A stretch of 64,000 bases of DNA from Fusobacteriota bacterium (GCA_051746725.1 JBNJFI010000001.1:23359-87358); one strand, 5' to 3'. Positions 10,119 to 20,077 are shown, counted from the stretch's first letter. Numbers and translations are program-made. The notes: generated by a model from the letters alone, not told the origin.

Positions 10119-10331
10119 GGTTCAACCACAAAAAGGTATTTTCAGAATTTTTTGTTTTTCTGAAGATAAGAAAGCTTCCTGGTTTATGCCCCCCTCTAAA
10201 TCTCCCCACTCGCAAGGGGAGACTTCTTGACTTCCTCCCCTGCTAGGGGTAGGACTGAGGTGGGGGCGTAAGATTTTATCACGAAGAATTTTTCTAATAA
10301 ATCTGAAATTCGAACTTTTTGTGTTCTAACC
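10119..10331. mobile_element. MITE-like non-autonomous element (213 bp) with imperfect TIRs and a 7-bp direct repeat
   Basis: Left end GGTTCAACCACAAAAAGGT. Right end (reverse complement) GGTTAGAACACAAAAAGTT, 15/19 identical, both followed by TTTCAGA. ATATAAT flanks both sides (10112-10118, 10332-10338). No ORF inside. Confidence 0.65.
10185..10270. repeat. GC-rich REP-like branched palindrome inside the MITE-like element
   Basis: Outer TATGCCCCC...GGGGGCGTA stem encloses hairpins TCTCCCC-actcgcaa-GGGGAGA and CCCCT-gct-AGGGG. Sharply GC-rich against the AT-rich background. Confidence 0.7.
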
Positions 10332-10357
10332 ATATAATATTAGAATAAAATTATATT

Positions 10358-10819
10358 TTACTTAGAATCTTTTAAAACTTTTTTGTAAGTCCAAACTCCA
10401 TATATATATCCCACTATTACCCAAATAACTAAGGATATAAGATTCCCTATAAATGATTTATAATCAAAAACTGCATTAACAAACCACAATGGCAAACCAA
10501 AGCTAAGAATACCATGAACACGAGAATAATATTTCTTTATCACTTCTTCTGTTGCCTCATCATCATTTACTACTTTATAAAAATTCCATTCCATATTCCC
10601 GATTAATACCCCTAGAAATGCATATACTACAAGAACAATTAAAGTTTTTAAATAAAAAGATTCTCGTTCTAAAAAACCAGTTCCAAAACTAAATATCCCA
10701 CTTAAAACAGATAATATAATCCCAAGCATTATCATTCTTTGTAATATAACTCTATATAGTATAAAATTTTTCTTTCCCATGTCTTTTATTATTTTCCATT
10801 TATTCTTAATCTGATTCAT
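10358..10819 (-). CDS. Hypothetical membrane protein (about 4 TM helices)
   Basis: 153-aa ORF with a GGAGG RBS and four hydrophobic segments. No family recognised. Confidence 0.75.
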   Translation of the reverse strand: MNQIKNKWKIIKDMGKKNFILYRVILQRMIMLGIILSVLSGIFSFGTGFLERESFYLKTLIVLVVYAFLGVLIGNMEWNFYKVVNDDEATEEVIKKYYSRVHGILSFGLPLWFVNAVFDYKSFIGNLISLVIWVIVGYIYGVWTYKKVLKDSK

Positions 10820-10833
10820 AATTTAACCTCCTA

Positions 10834-12150
10834 TTATTTCTGTTTATAATTTTTTCTCAAGTATTTAATTCCATCTTCATAAGTAAGAAATTTTTCTTCA
10901 AGTTGAGCTTCATAAAGTTCATCTAAAATCTTTCCGAAATGTGGACCGGGTTTTAAGCCATATTTTATAAGATCCTTACCTTTTATAATAGGTTCAACTT
11001 CATCTTTGATTTCATTATATATCTTTTTGATTTCTTTAATATGAGATATCGTTTTTGTATCTCCTCCTTTACCTAGCATATCTGCTTTATGAACTTTTAA
11101 AATGTCTTCCATATCTACTTTAGAAGCTAATTTTCTAACCGCCTTTTTTGATACGCTCTCTATCATATTTAAAGGATAATCATGAAATTTAATAAGTTTT
11201 TCTACTTTTTTAATCAAGTCTTTATTATTAGTTATTTTTTTTAAATACTGTCTTACTATATTTGCCCCTTTTAAAGCATGTCCATAAAAATGTATTCTGT
11301 TTCCCTCTTTTTTGTTTTCCACTTCACCTTTTCCTATATCATGATATAAAAGCGCCAGCATTATTTCAATTGTCCTATCCTTTATTGGTAATACATCTAA
11401 TGTCATCATAGTATGTATAAAAACATTTCCCTCGGGATGATATCTTTTTCCTTGTTCAATATTTTCTAGATTATCTAGTTCTGGGAAATATTTTTTTAAC
11501 AGACCAATTCTTTTCATCCAATAAAATGCTAAAGATGGATTTTTAGCTTTTAGAAGTATTTTTTCTATTTCAAGAAAAATTCTTTCCTTTGCTATCTTAT
11601 CTATTTTATCTAATATCTCTATACAAACTTTCTCTGTTTTTTTAGTAACTTTAAAATTTAATCTGGCTTTGAACTGAGCTACCCTAAATATTCTAAGAGG
11701 ATCTTGTATAAATGTATCTCTTGATACATAAGATATTCTCTTTTTTTTTATATCATTTTTTCCTCCAAAAAAGTCTACTAACTTATCATCTATAGGATCA
11801 TACATCATTGAATTAATAGTCAAATCTCTACGACGACATGCTTCTTTTTCATCCATATAAGGAGAAGAAATTAATTTTTCTCCTTTTCTTTTTTGAGGTA
11901 AAGAAAATTCAATTCCTTTAAATAAGTATATATTATAAGATTTCCCCACCTTTTTTGAATAACCATATTTATCTAATATTTTATGTAACTTATTCCCTTT
12001 TATATTAAATACTTCTATATCTATATCTTTACTCTTTCTTCCCAATATTTTATCCCTAACATAACCTCCAACTATATATCCGATTCCACCGTCTTTTTTA
12101 ATATCTTTTAATATTGATATTAACTTTCTATTTTTTTTAATCTCTTCCAT
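10834..12150 (-). CDS. Class II tRNA nucleotidyltransferase with HD domain (probable CC-adding enzyme)
   Basis: VGGYVRD...DIDI, RRDLTINSM, QDPLRIFR, ERI. HD domain HPEGNVFIH...LYHDIGK...GH. Confidence 0.85.
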   Translation of the reverse strand: MEEIKKNRKLISILKDIKKDGGIGYIVGGYVRDKILGRKSKDIDIEVFNIKGNKLHKILDKYGYSKKVGKSYNIYLFKGIEFSLPQKRKGEKLISSPYMDEKEACRRRDLTINSMMYDPIDDKLVDFFGGKNDIKKKRISYVSRDTFIQDPLRIFRVAQFKARLNFKVTKKTEKVCIEILDKIDKIAKERIFLEIEKILLKAKNPSLAFYWMKRIGLLKKYFPELDNLENIEQGKRYHPEGNVFIHTMMTLDVLPIKDRTIEIMLALLYHDIGKGEVENKKEGNRIHFYGHALKGANIVRQYLKKITNNKDLIKKVEKLIKFHDYPLNMIESVSKKAVRKLASKVDMEDILKVHKADMLGKGGDTKTISHIKEIKKIYNEIKDEVEPIIKGKDLIKYGLKPGPHFGKILDELYEAQLEEKFLTYEDGIKYLRKNYKQK

Positions 12151-12292
12151 AGAACATCCATCACCTCGCTAGCTTTTACTTTTAAAAAGCATCAGTTATT
12201 TTATTAGTGAAATATGTATTCACCCTTAGTAATTAATTTTATAGCTCTATCACTTTTATTTTTTATTTATATATCCACTTAAAATCCTTTTT

Positions 12293-12349
12293 ATCCTTTA
12301 TTTTATATCCTTTATTTTATATCTTTTATTTTTATATCTTTTATCTTTC
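12293..12349. repeat. Degenerate ~14-bp intergenic tandem repeat (about 4 copies)
   Basis: tatccttta-tttta / tatccttta-tttta / tatctttta-ttttta / tatctttta. Confidence 0.5.
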
Positions 12350-12371
12350 GTTTTATATTTGTTTTTTTGCG

Positions 12372-14204
12372 TTAATTATTAATAACATCAAATTTTTTTA
12401 TTAACTTTTTAACATCTTTAACACTAAAGGGTTTAGATAAATATTCATCCATCCCTATATTTAAAAATTTTTCTTTATCTTCTTCTAATGCATAAGCAGT
12501 TATAGCTATTGTAATAGGCATATTTAGCCCCTTTGCCTTTGAATAGTTTCGAATTTTTTTAAAAGCTTCTATCCCATTTATTACAGGCATTTGAATATCC
12601 ATAAAAATCATATCTGGATTTTCTTTTTTGTATAACTCAATAGCTTCCTGACCATCTTTAGCAAAAATTCCTTTTATACTTTCTAACTGATTAGTTATTC
12701 TCTTCATTAATTTCAAACTCACTTTATTGTCATCTGCAATTAATATAGTTTTAATATTTTTAAACTCATTATCTTTTAAACCGTTAATCTTTTTTTCTTC
12801 ATTTTGTATTTGATTAATATTAGCTTCTATTTTTTCAGAAAGCACCTTCTCAATTTCTTCTAGAAGTTTATTTCGTTTAATGGGTTTCATTAGATACCCC
12901 TGGACTCCAATTTCATTTATATTATTTATTTTCTTATGAATATCAACAGAAGTAAATAATAAAATAGTTACTAATCTGGATTGCAACTCATTCCTTATAG
13001 CTTTTACAACAGATACTCCATCCATTTCTGGCATATTTACATCTAATAATATTAGATCCACTTCTAAACCATTTTTTAGTTTATTTATAGCTACTTTTCC
13101 GCAATCTGCCAGTGTTACAGTAAATCCATGTTCTTTTAACATCTTTTTTGCAATTTTTCTATTTAAATTATTATCATCTACTAATAATACGGAGATATCC
13201 TGTTCTTTAATATCTACTTTTTTTACTTTTTTGCCCAAAACCTTCCCTAGCTCTATTGAAAAATAAAACTCCGACCCTAAATCTTCTTCGCTTGTAAATC
13301 CAATTTCTCCTCCCATTAACTTTACCAACTCTTTAGATATAGAAAGTCCTAGTCCTGTACCTTGATATTTTTTTGTATAGCTTAGATCTCCCTGTATAAA
13401 TGGCTTAAATATCTTATCTTTTTTAGACTCTGATATCCCAATTCCAGTGTCTTTTATTGAAAAGTTTAATTTGACTTTATCATTGGTCACTTTTTCATAT
13501 TTAACCTCAAAATATATATTGCCTGTTTCTGTATATTTAATAGCATTACTTATTAAGTTTATTAAGACTTGCCTTATTTTACTCTCATCTCCTCTCACTA
13601 TTTTGGGTAGATCTTTATCGGAATAATATATTACTTCTAGACCTTTTTTGTGTGCATTATATGATAGCATATCCAGCACATTATTAATTATATCTTCTAA
13701 ATTAAATTCTGATTCATCCAATTCTAACCTTCCAGCTTCTATTTTAGAAATATCTAATATATCATTTATAACAGCTAAAAGATTATCTGCGCTTATTCTC
13801 ATATCATCTAAAAGGCTCTCCTGCTCTTTATTTAAATCAGTCATAGATAATAACTCAGAGGTTCCAATTACACCATTCATAGGGGTTCTTATCTCGTGAC
13901 TCATATTTGCTAAAAATTGGCTCTTAGCTTTATTTGCTTTTATTGCCTTATCTTTTGCATATTCTAATTCTTCTAAAATTTTCTCCTGTTTTATTTCTTC
14001 ATTATCTATCATAATTGCAATTATAAGTGCAGAAATAAACACAAAAAAGATCCCTTTATACGTTTGTATTATACTTAATTGTTCAGGGGTTCTAGCCATA
14101 AGTGCTGCCAATCTATCAGAAAATAATATCCATAGAATACTTAGTATCAGATATGTCAATGTGATTTTTAAAATAATTTTTATTCTCGGTTTCATTTCTT
14201 TCAT
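12372..14204 (-). CDS. Hybrid sensor histidine kinase (2 TM-HisKA-HATPase-REC-REC)
   Basis: [37 protein letters not shown]. Two receivers with intact Asp ([11 protein letters not shown]; [11 protein letters not shown]). Confidence 0.95.
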   Translation of the reverse strand: MKEMKPRIKIILKITLTYLILSILWILFSDRLAALMARTPEQLSIIQTYKGIFFVFISALIIAIMIDNEEIKQEKILEELEYAKDKAIKANKAKSQFLANMSHEIRTPMNGVIGTSELLSMTDLNKEQESLLDDMRISADNLLAVINDILDISKIEAGRLELDESEFNLEDIINNVLDMLSYNAHKKGLEVIYYSDKDLPKIVRGDESKIRQVLINLISNAIKYTETGNIYFEVKYEKVTNDKVKLNFSIKDTGIGISESKKDKIFKPFIQGDLSYTKKYQGTGLGLSISKELVKLMGGEIGFTSEEDLGSEFYFSIELGKVLGKKVKKVDIKEQDISVLLVDDNNLNRKIAKKMLKEHGFTVTLADCGKVAINKLKNGLEVDLILLDVNMPEMDGVSVVKAIRNELQSRLVTILLFTSVDIHKKINNINEIGVQGYLMKPIKRNKLLEEIEKVLSEKIEANINQIQNEEKKINGLKDNEFKNIKTILIADDNKVSLKLMKRITNQLESIKGIFAKDGQEAIELYKKENPDMIFMDIQMPVINGIEAFKKIRNYSKAKGLNMPITIAITAYALEEDKEKFLNIGMDEYLSKPFSVKDVKKLIKKFDVINN

Positions 14205-14245
14205 CCTCCTCGATTTGACTTTTTATCAAATTAGTTCTTTTTTTA

Positions 14246-14274
14246 ATTATACTATTTAATATTGTATTTATCAA
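14246..14274 (-). promoter_or_regulatory. Putative sigma70 promoter for the hybrid kinase
   Basis: Minus strand TTGATA-17 bp-TATAAT. Confidence 0.5.
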
Positions 14275-14383
14275 CTTTTTTTAGTATTTAGTCTAACTAA
14301 CTGTGTTTCTAAATAAAAAATTCCATAAAACGGTAATTAAAAAATGCTTTTTAAAACCTTTATTAATCTTTTTAGTATAAAAA

Positions 14384-14412
14384 TTGTAAAATTATATTAA
14401 ATCATGTATAAT
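14384..14412 (+). promoter_or_regulatory. Putative sigma70 promoter for RNase H
   Basis: TTGTAA-17 bp-TATAAT, followed by an AAGGAG RBS before ATG 14445. Confidence 0.55.
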
Positions 14413-14444
14413 AAACATAAATTCATTGTAAAGGAGCTTATATT

Positions 14445-15224
14445 ATGGCAAAAAATAAATTTTATGCGTATTATTTAGTTAAACCCAAAATTTCAGGGAT
14501 AACTAAAAGTTGGCCTCAATGCCAAGAAATTATAAAAAATCAAAAAGCTAGATATAAAGGATTTAAAACTAAAGACGAAGCTCAAGATTGGTTAGATAAT
14601 GGTGCTATCTATGAAGATAAAAAGAATAAGTATTATGCCTATTACAGATCCGATGATAATAAATCTGGAATAACTAGAAGTTGGAAGAAATGTCAAAGTA
14701 TTATCAAAAAAGGGAAAGTCCGGTATAAATCATTTAAAACCCAAAAAGAAGCTCAAGATTGGTTAGATAATGGTGCTATTTATGAAACAAAGGAGATGTT
14801 GCAAGAAAAATTAAAGGATGGAATATATTTTGATGCAGGTACAGGTCGTGGAATAGGTGTAGAAGTTAGAGTCACTGACAAAAAAGGGAATAGTCTTGTT
14901 GATAAAATTGTTCCAAAAGATAAAGTTAATGAGTACGGAAATTATTTGACAAAAAAGGGGTCTACTAATAACTATGGAGAGCTTTTAGGTATGTATATTG
15001 CATTAAAATTAGCTTTAAAAACAGACCAAAAGAGGATCTTTGGAGATAGTAAGTTAGTTATAGATTATTGGTCTAACGGTTATATAAAAAAAGAAAAAGT
15101 TGCAGATGATACTGTTAAATTATCTGAACGAGTTAAAAAATTAAGGAAAAAATTTGAAAAAAGAGATGGAATTATCGAACATGTTTCTGGAGATATAAAT
15201 CCAGCAGATTTAGGTTTTCATTAA
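14445..15224 (+). CDS. Ribonuclease HI with two N-terminal viroplasmin/hybrid-binding (Cauli_VI-like) domains
   Basis: Two repeats of YAY..GIT.SW..CQ....RYK.FKT..EAQDWL. RNase H core YFDAGTG, TNNYGEL, GDSKLVI, NPADLG. Confidence 0.85.
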   Translation: MAKNKFYAYYLVKPKISGITKSWPQCQEIIKNQKARYKGFKTKDEAQDWLDNGAIYEDKKNKYYAYYRSDDNKSGITRSWKKCQSIIKKGKVRYKSFKTQKEAQDWLDNGAIYETKEMLQEKLKDGIYFDAGTGRGIGVEVRVTDKKGNSLVDKIVPKDKVNEYGNYLTKKGSTNNYGELLGMYIALKLALKTDQKRIFGDSKLVIDYWSNGYIKKEKVADDTVKLSERVKKLRKKFEKRDGIIEHVSGDINPADLGFH

Positions 15225-15231
15225 AATCAGT

Positions 15232-15272
15232 TATAAATATAAGGATATAATGAGTATATCCTTATATTTATA
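15232..15272. terminator. Perfect 18-bp inverted repeat between convergent genes (possible bidirectional terminator)
   Basis: TATAAATATAAGGATATA-atgag-TATATCCTTATATTTATA. Confidence 0.65.
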
Positions 15273-17285
15273 TTAATTTAAATCCATTTTATTTTTGTGT
15301 GTAAATAACCATTTATTTATTTTTTTATTTAATATAAGCAGATCTTTATCTTTAGTATGTTTAAAATCAAAGCGAATCTTTGTGTATAATTTTATGATTT
15401 CTTCTAAATTTTCTAGCTCTGATATTATGTTTTTATTTTCATTGGAATCTTTTTTGATAATAATTATCCTATTTATCCACATATTTAATGTTTCATGATC
15501 TAACTTAGGAATATCAAATTTTTTTAGTTCTGTTTTTATAAGATTTATATCTGATTCTATTGTCTTAAATTTTTTTCTTTGGTACTTATTTTTCCCAATA
15601 TCTTTTAATTTTTTTCTTTGTCGTAAATATATTCTTAATATCATAATCGCTAATAACAGAGAGGTTATGATTGTTAAATATAAATTTACGTTTTCATCAT
15701 TTTCTTTTAAAAACATCCTAATTTTATAAGTTAAACTGTCAAAAAAGTCACTTACCTCTTCAAATCTAGATGCTCCCTCTTCATCTTCAGAAAGCCAATT
15801 ACCTGGTGTCGTGTCTATTTCAATCCAATCATTATTAATATAAGCCAAAGTCCACGAATGTCCATGTCTTTCTCTAATTATATAATTATCATCATATTTG
15901 CTTTTTTCTTCAACCACAAAACCAGTTATATATCTAGATGGAATTCCTGCTTCTCGCAGTAATAATACCGTAGCAGTTGCAAAATACTCGCAATGCCCTG
16001 ATTTATGTTCCAATAAAAATTCTTTTAAATACGATTTAGATCTTCTAGTATTTTGAATTTTGAGACTATATTCAAAGTTTTTATCAAAATATCGAATTAA
16101 TGTTTTTAATATTTCATTTTCATTTTTATCATATAAATCTAACTTATCTGCCACTTTAGAAAGCGCTTCTTTTTCTTGAGAGGGTATTTGTAAATCTCCT
16201 CTTTCTACTTTAAAGTTATACCTTTGCCTAGAATCAAATGAAACTCTATAATTAATTTGACCTCCGGTTTCTGAAATTCTAAAAGCTCTATATTTATCTG
16301 TTTCTAGATAGCCGTTTAAATTTTTAGCACGATAACTTCCCTTCGGCAATGAAAGTAATGCACGATCATTTTTTATCTTTTGATCCACTTCTAAAAGAGA
16401 TAATTTCTTAGGTTTAAAATTATTTAGAACCCAATTATCCTTATCATCTAAATCGGCTACTTCAAATTTCTTATTTTGTTTATGCCAATTAGGAGGAGTA
16501 AACAAATTATATATATTATCTCGTAGTAGCCTAGGTATGTTTTTATTTTTATAGTCCACAGACTTAACCCTCATTAATATTTCACCTGATAATTTTAATT
16601 CTCCTAATTCACCTATAGAAGTCATTTCTCCATACGAACCTTGTTTCATTCTACTTTTTATAATTTTCGCAATCCAATTTCTTCTATATTTTTTTAATAT
16701 CGAATATTTAATATATTCAGAAAATTTTTCAGTGGAGTTTTGTAAATAATTAGACCCAAAAAAAATAATTATAACTAATAGAATTTTTACCTTTTTTGAA
16801 TATCTATCATTTGATATTAAAAATAAACTCCAAGTTATTAGAATAAAAAGAATCATAAAATAATATTTAAAATCACTATTAACAACCGCTGTAGAAAATA
16901 GCGTTATCATCAAATATGGCAATCTTAGATCCATTGGATGGTGTTTATATTTTTTTCCTAGTTTAGTTCCAATAATTATCTTATCCGAAGTGCTATACAA
17001 TTGTGCTAACATAATCAATGAAAATATTAATGGCATCCACTTTCCCAATGTAAATAAGATCTCCTTAGTTTCAACATTGAAATATATTATCATAATTGAA
17101 GCAAGAAAAATTATAGAATTAAGATCAGATATTTTAAAAAAATCATCCTTTGAAAATTCTACCTTTTTTGTCAGATAATACGATGCTTCCATTAATAAAC
17201 CTAAACCTATTCCAAGTAAAAGCTCTCCTGAAACAGCACCCCAAAATATTAAAGAAGCTCCCAATAAAAAATTAGATTTTTTCAT
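15273..17285 (-). CDS. Membrane transglutaminase-like protein (TgpA-like)
   Basis: N-terminal multi-TM region. GHCEYFAT..LLLREAGIPSRYITGF, HSW and IDTTP give a Cys-His-Asp triad. C-terminal TM. Confidence 0.88.
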   Translation of the reverse strand: MKKSNFLLGASLIFWGAVSGELLLGIGLGLLMEASYYLTKKVEFSKDDFFKISDLNSIIFLASIMIIYFNVETKEILFTLGKWMPLIFSLIMLAQLYSTSDKIIIGTKLGKKYKHHPMDLRLPYLMITLFSTAVVNSDFKYYFMILFILITWSLFLISNDRYSKKVKILLVIIIFFGSNYLQNSTEKFSEYIKYSILKKYRRNWIAKIIKSRMKQGSYGEMTSIGELGELKLSGEILMRVKSVDYKNKNIPRLLRDNIYNLFTPPNWHKQNKKFEVADLDDKDNWVLNNFKPKKLSLLEVDQKIKNDRALLSLPKGSYRAKNLNGYLETDKYRAFRISETGGQINYRVSFDSRQRYNFKVERGDLQIPSQEKEALSKVADKLDLYDKNENEILKTLIRYFDKNFEYSLKIQNTRRSKSYLKEFLLEHKSGHCEYFATATVLLLREAGIPSRYITGFVVEEKSKYDDNYIIRERHGHSWTLAYINNDWIEIDTTPGNWLSEDEEGASRFEEVSDFFDSLTYKIRMFLKENDENVNLYLTIITSLLLAIMILRIYLRQRKKLKDIGKNKYQRKKFKTIESDINLIKTELKKFDIPKLDHETLNMWINRIIIIKKDSNENKNIISELENLEEIIKLYTKIRFDFKHTKDKDLLILNKKINKWLFTHKNKMDLN

Positions 17286-17315
17286 TATATCTTATCTCCA
17301 ATCTATTATAATATA

Positions 17316-18677
17316 TCAAAATATATCAATTTTTTCCCCTTTTTTGCATTTGGATTCTAATTCTCCTATTTCGATTAAAGTTACTTTAAAAGTTACTTCT
17401 AATTTGTTAAGATACTCCTTGGTTTTTTTCTTGTTAGTACATATTAAGATTATTTTTATATCAATTTCATTTATAATCAGCTTATTTATCAAGCTTTTTC
17501 TCGTTTTATCCATATCTACTAAGATTATTATAAGACTACTTAATAAATCTAACTCTGATTCTACTAATTTTTCTAAATCTGTAACTTTTGATTTCCCACA
17601 ATGTTCAACAGAAGCTAATATTTCCAGCATCTTATCTTGGTTAGTAAGACCTCGGCCACTTGTAAATATATATCTTTTTTGACAAATAAATATCAAATCT
17701 ATTAGGGAATCTTCTAACTCTAATCCTCCTATAATTGACGCACCTAAAGATATAGCTTCTTCTAAAACTGGTGATCCTGTTTTCAAAAAAGTATCTAATA
17801 CGAGACCATATCGAGAAAAAAACTCATCGTTAAACTCTTTTACCACTGGTTTTTGAGTCTTCGAGTAAGATTTCCAATGGATGTTTTTAACTGGATCCCC
17901 TGGATAATAATCTCTCAAAGATAAAAATTCTTCAGAATTCCCTACTTTAGAAGCAGAAATTATTCCGCCTTGATTATATTTCCTCTCACTGGATATCAAA
18001 GGTATATTAAGATTATAAATTTTAGGTAAGCAAATTATATTATCAGTAACTTTTAAAAATCTATCTGTTTGAAATAAAGAAAAAGGATCTCTTTTGATTA
18101 TATTTATCCCTCTAAAATATATATGCCCTCTCTTTAGAGGCAAAAAAGATACTTCGATATCCTTTTTTTCTCCAGGATGTATCTCGGGAATTTTTTGAAT
18201 TTTTATATTAATTTTTTGATTTTTCTCGATGAATCTTTTCCAAATTCGATAATATAATTTAATACTAAACCAATGTTTCTTTGAACAGATATATTTAAAT
18301 TCCTCAAAAGTAGGAAACGGCGGCGGAATAACCTCTTTTAAGTAGAGACCTTTTTCCACTTTATTACCTGTATTTTTAATTTCAATATTATAATACATTT
18401 TTTTCCCAACACTGCAATATTTAGGCAATTGTCTTTTTAGTTTTAGTTTAGGTCGGAAATATATAACAAAAAAAAATGCAATTATTATAAATAATCCTAA
18501 AATTATAAAAATTTGATAAATTAACGTCTTAGAGACATAAATTCCAAATATAAAAGCTAAAAAAAGTGAAACCAAAGCTCCCTTTCCATATGGTGTCACT
18601 TTACTATTAAACCACTTTACAAAAAAGTATTTTAATTTATATTTTTTATATTTTATTTTTTTTTGTATTTCTATCAT
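17316..18677 (-). CDS. DUF58 domain protein
   Basis: RGH...DPFSLF, EFLSLRDYYPGDPVKNIHWKSYSK, VVKEF, LVLD, EEAISLGAS. Confidence 0.9.
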   Translation of the reverse strand: MIEIQKKIKYKKYKLKYFFVKWFNSKVTPYGKGALVSLFLAFIFGIYVSKTLIYQIFIILGLFIIIAFFFVIYFRPKLKLKRQLPKYCSVGKKMYYNIEIKNTGNKVEKGLYLKEVIPPPFPTFEEFKYICSKKHWFSIKLYYRIWKRFIEKNQKINIKIQKIPEIHPGEKKDIEVSFLPLKRGHIYFRGINIIKRDPFSLFQTDRFLKVTDNIICLPKIYNLNIPLISSERKYNQGGIISASKVGNSEEFLSLRDYYPGDPVKNIHWKSYSKTQKPVVKEFNDEFFSRYGLVLDTFLKTGSPVLEEAISLGASIIGGLELEDSLIDLIFICQKRYIFTSGRGLTNQDKMLEILASVEHCGKSKVTDLEKLVESELDLLSSLIIILVDMDKTRKSLINKLIINEIDIKIILICTNKKKTKEYLNKLEVTFKVTLIEIGELESKCKKGEKIDIF

Positions 18678-19615
18678 ACTGGTACCTCTATATTTTCAAC
18701 AATCTTTTTTAATACCTTTTCAGCGGTTATTCCATTGAATTTCGCCTGTGAATCTAGCATAATCCTATGACTCAATGTAGCTTTTACAACACTTTGAATA
18801 TGTTCCGGTATAACAAAGTCCATATTATTAATTAAAGCTAAAGCCTGTGACATTCTAAGAAGTGCTATTGAAGCTCTAGGGCTAGCCCCTAAAGCCACAT
18901 GTTCGGCTTCTCTAGTTGCAGATACTATCTCTACTATATAATACATCAATTCTTCGCTTATTCGTATTGTATGTACAAAATTTCTAGTTCTAAGTATATC
19001 TTCTCCATTTACTACAGATTTTATATCCTTGAGAGGGTGGTGATCTATTTGATCTTTTAAAATAGATACCTCTCTTTCTTTAGATACATAACCTAAAGAT
19101 AATTGAACCATAAATCTATCCATCTGAGCTTCTGGTAATGGATAGGTTCCGTGGTATTCTATTGGATTTTGTGTTGCAATTACAAAAAAAGGAGAACTCA
19201 AATTTCTCTTTTTTCCTTCTGTACTTACCTGACTTTCTTCCATCGATTCTAAAAGAGCGGATTGAGTTCTTGGACTAGCTCTATTTATCTCATCTGCTAA
19301 TAATATATTAGTAAATATTGGTCCTTTTCTAAAATAAAACTCTCCATTTTTTTGATTAAATATAGATACTCCTAATATATCTGATGGTAATAAATCTGGT
19401 GTAAATTGGATTCGATTAAAATTACAATCAATGGATTTGGATAATGTTTTAGCTAACGTTGTTTTTCCTGTACCTGGAATATCTTCTAATAAAATATGGC
19501 CTCCTCCAAAAAAGGCGGCTAAAAATTTTTCTATTACCTCATCTTTCCCTATAATAACTTTTTTGATATTTTTAGATATTTCCAAGTATATTTTATAAGC
19601 CTCTTTTAAATCCAC
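18674..19615 (-). CDS. moxR: MoxR family AAA+ ATPase
   Basis: HILLEDIPGTGKT, RIQFTPDLLPSD, LADEINRA, ATQNPIE, LPEAQMDRF. Start moved to GTG 19615 behind a G-rich RBS. Confidence 0.95.
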   Translation of the reverse strand: MDLKEAYKIYLEISKNIKKVIIGKDEVIEKFLAAFFGGGHILLEDIPGTGKTTLAKTLSKSIDCNFNRIQFTPDLLPSDILGVSIFNQKNGEFYFRKGPIFTNILLADEINRASPRTQSALLESMEESQVSTEGKKRNLSSPFFVIATQNPIEYHGTYPLPEAQMDRFMVQLSLGYVSKEREVSILKDQIDHHPLKDIKSVVNGEDILRTRNFVHTIRISEELMYYIVEIVSATREAEHVALGASPRASIALLRMSQALALINNMDFVIPEHIQSVVKATLSHRIMLDSQAKFNGITAEKVLKKIVENIEVPV

Positions 19616-19643
19616 CTTATCCCCCCTTAAAAATTCATATGAT

Positions 19644-20042
19644 TTAATTATCAATAATCGCAGTTGCCTCAATCTCAATATGACACCCTTTTTTGACTAA
19701 CCCACTCACTTCGACCAAAGTACTCACAGGTCTAGCTTCTGAAAGATATTTGTCTCTAATCGGTGTTATTTTACTAAAATCATCCATATCAATTAAGAAA
19801 ATCTGAATTTTTACGATGTCTTTTAGATTAGCCCCTGCCTCTTTAAGTAATCTTTTTATATTTTTAAATATAAAAACCGTTTGCTCTTTTATATCATCAG
19901 GCGCAACGGCATCTCCATTTTTATCCATTGCTATTTGACCTGTTAAAAATATCATACTTTTTTCTCCCAATGGAACTTTTATTCCATGAGAGTAAGCACC
20001 TACAGTTTTAGTGAAATTATCTGGATTTATTTTTTTATTCAT
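19644..20042 (-). CDS. RidA/YjgF/UK114 family protein
   Basis: GAYSHG, FLTGQ, AGANLKDIVK, RPVSTLVEVSGL, IEIEATA. Confidence 0.9.
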   Translation of the reverse strand: MNKKINPDNFTKTVGAYSHGIKVPLGEKSMIFLTGQIAMDKNGDAVAPDDIKEQTVFIFKNIKRLLKEAGANLKDIVKIQIFLIDMDDFSKITPIRDKYLSEARPVSTLVEVSGLVKKGCHIEIEATAIIDN

Positions 20043-20077
20043 GTATAATCTCCTTTTTTATTCTAATTCCTCATAAA

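Noticed and set aside
10185-10270. tRNA gene or riboswitch in the GC-rich intergenic patch
   Set aside because: No T-loop (TTCGA in a stem-loop), D-loop or acceptor-stem geometry, and no recognisable riboswitch consensus. Better explained as a REP-like palindrome.
12289-12360. CRISPR array
   Set aside because: Units are about 14 bp and directly adjacent with no unique spacers. No cas genes in the window.
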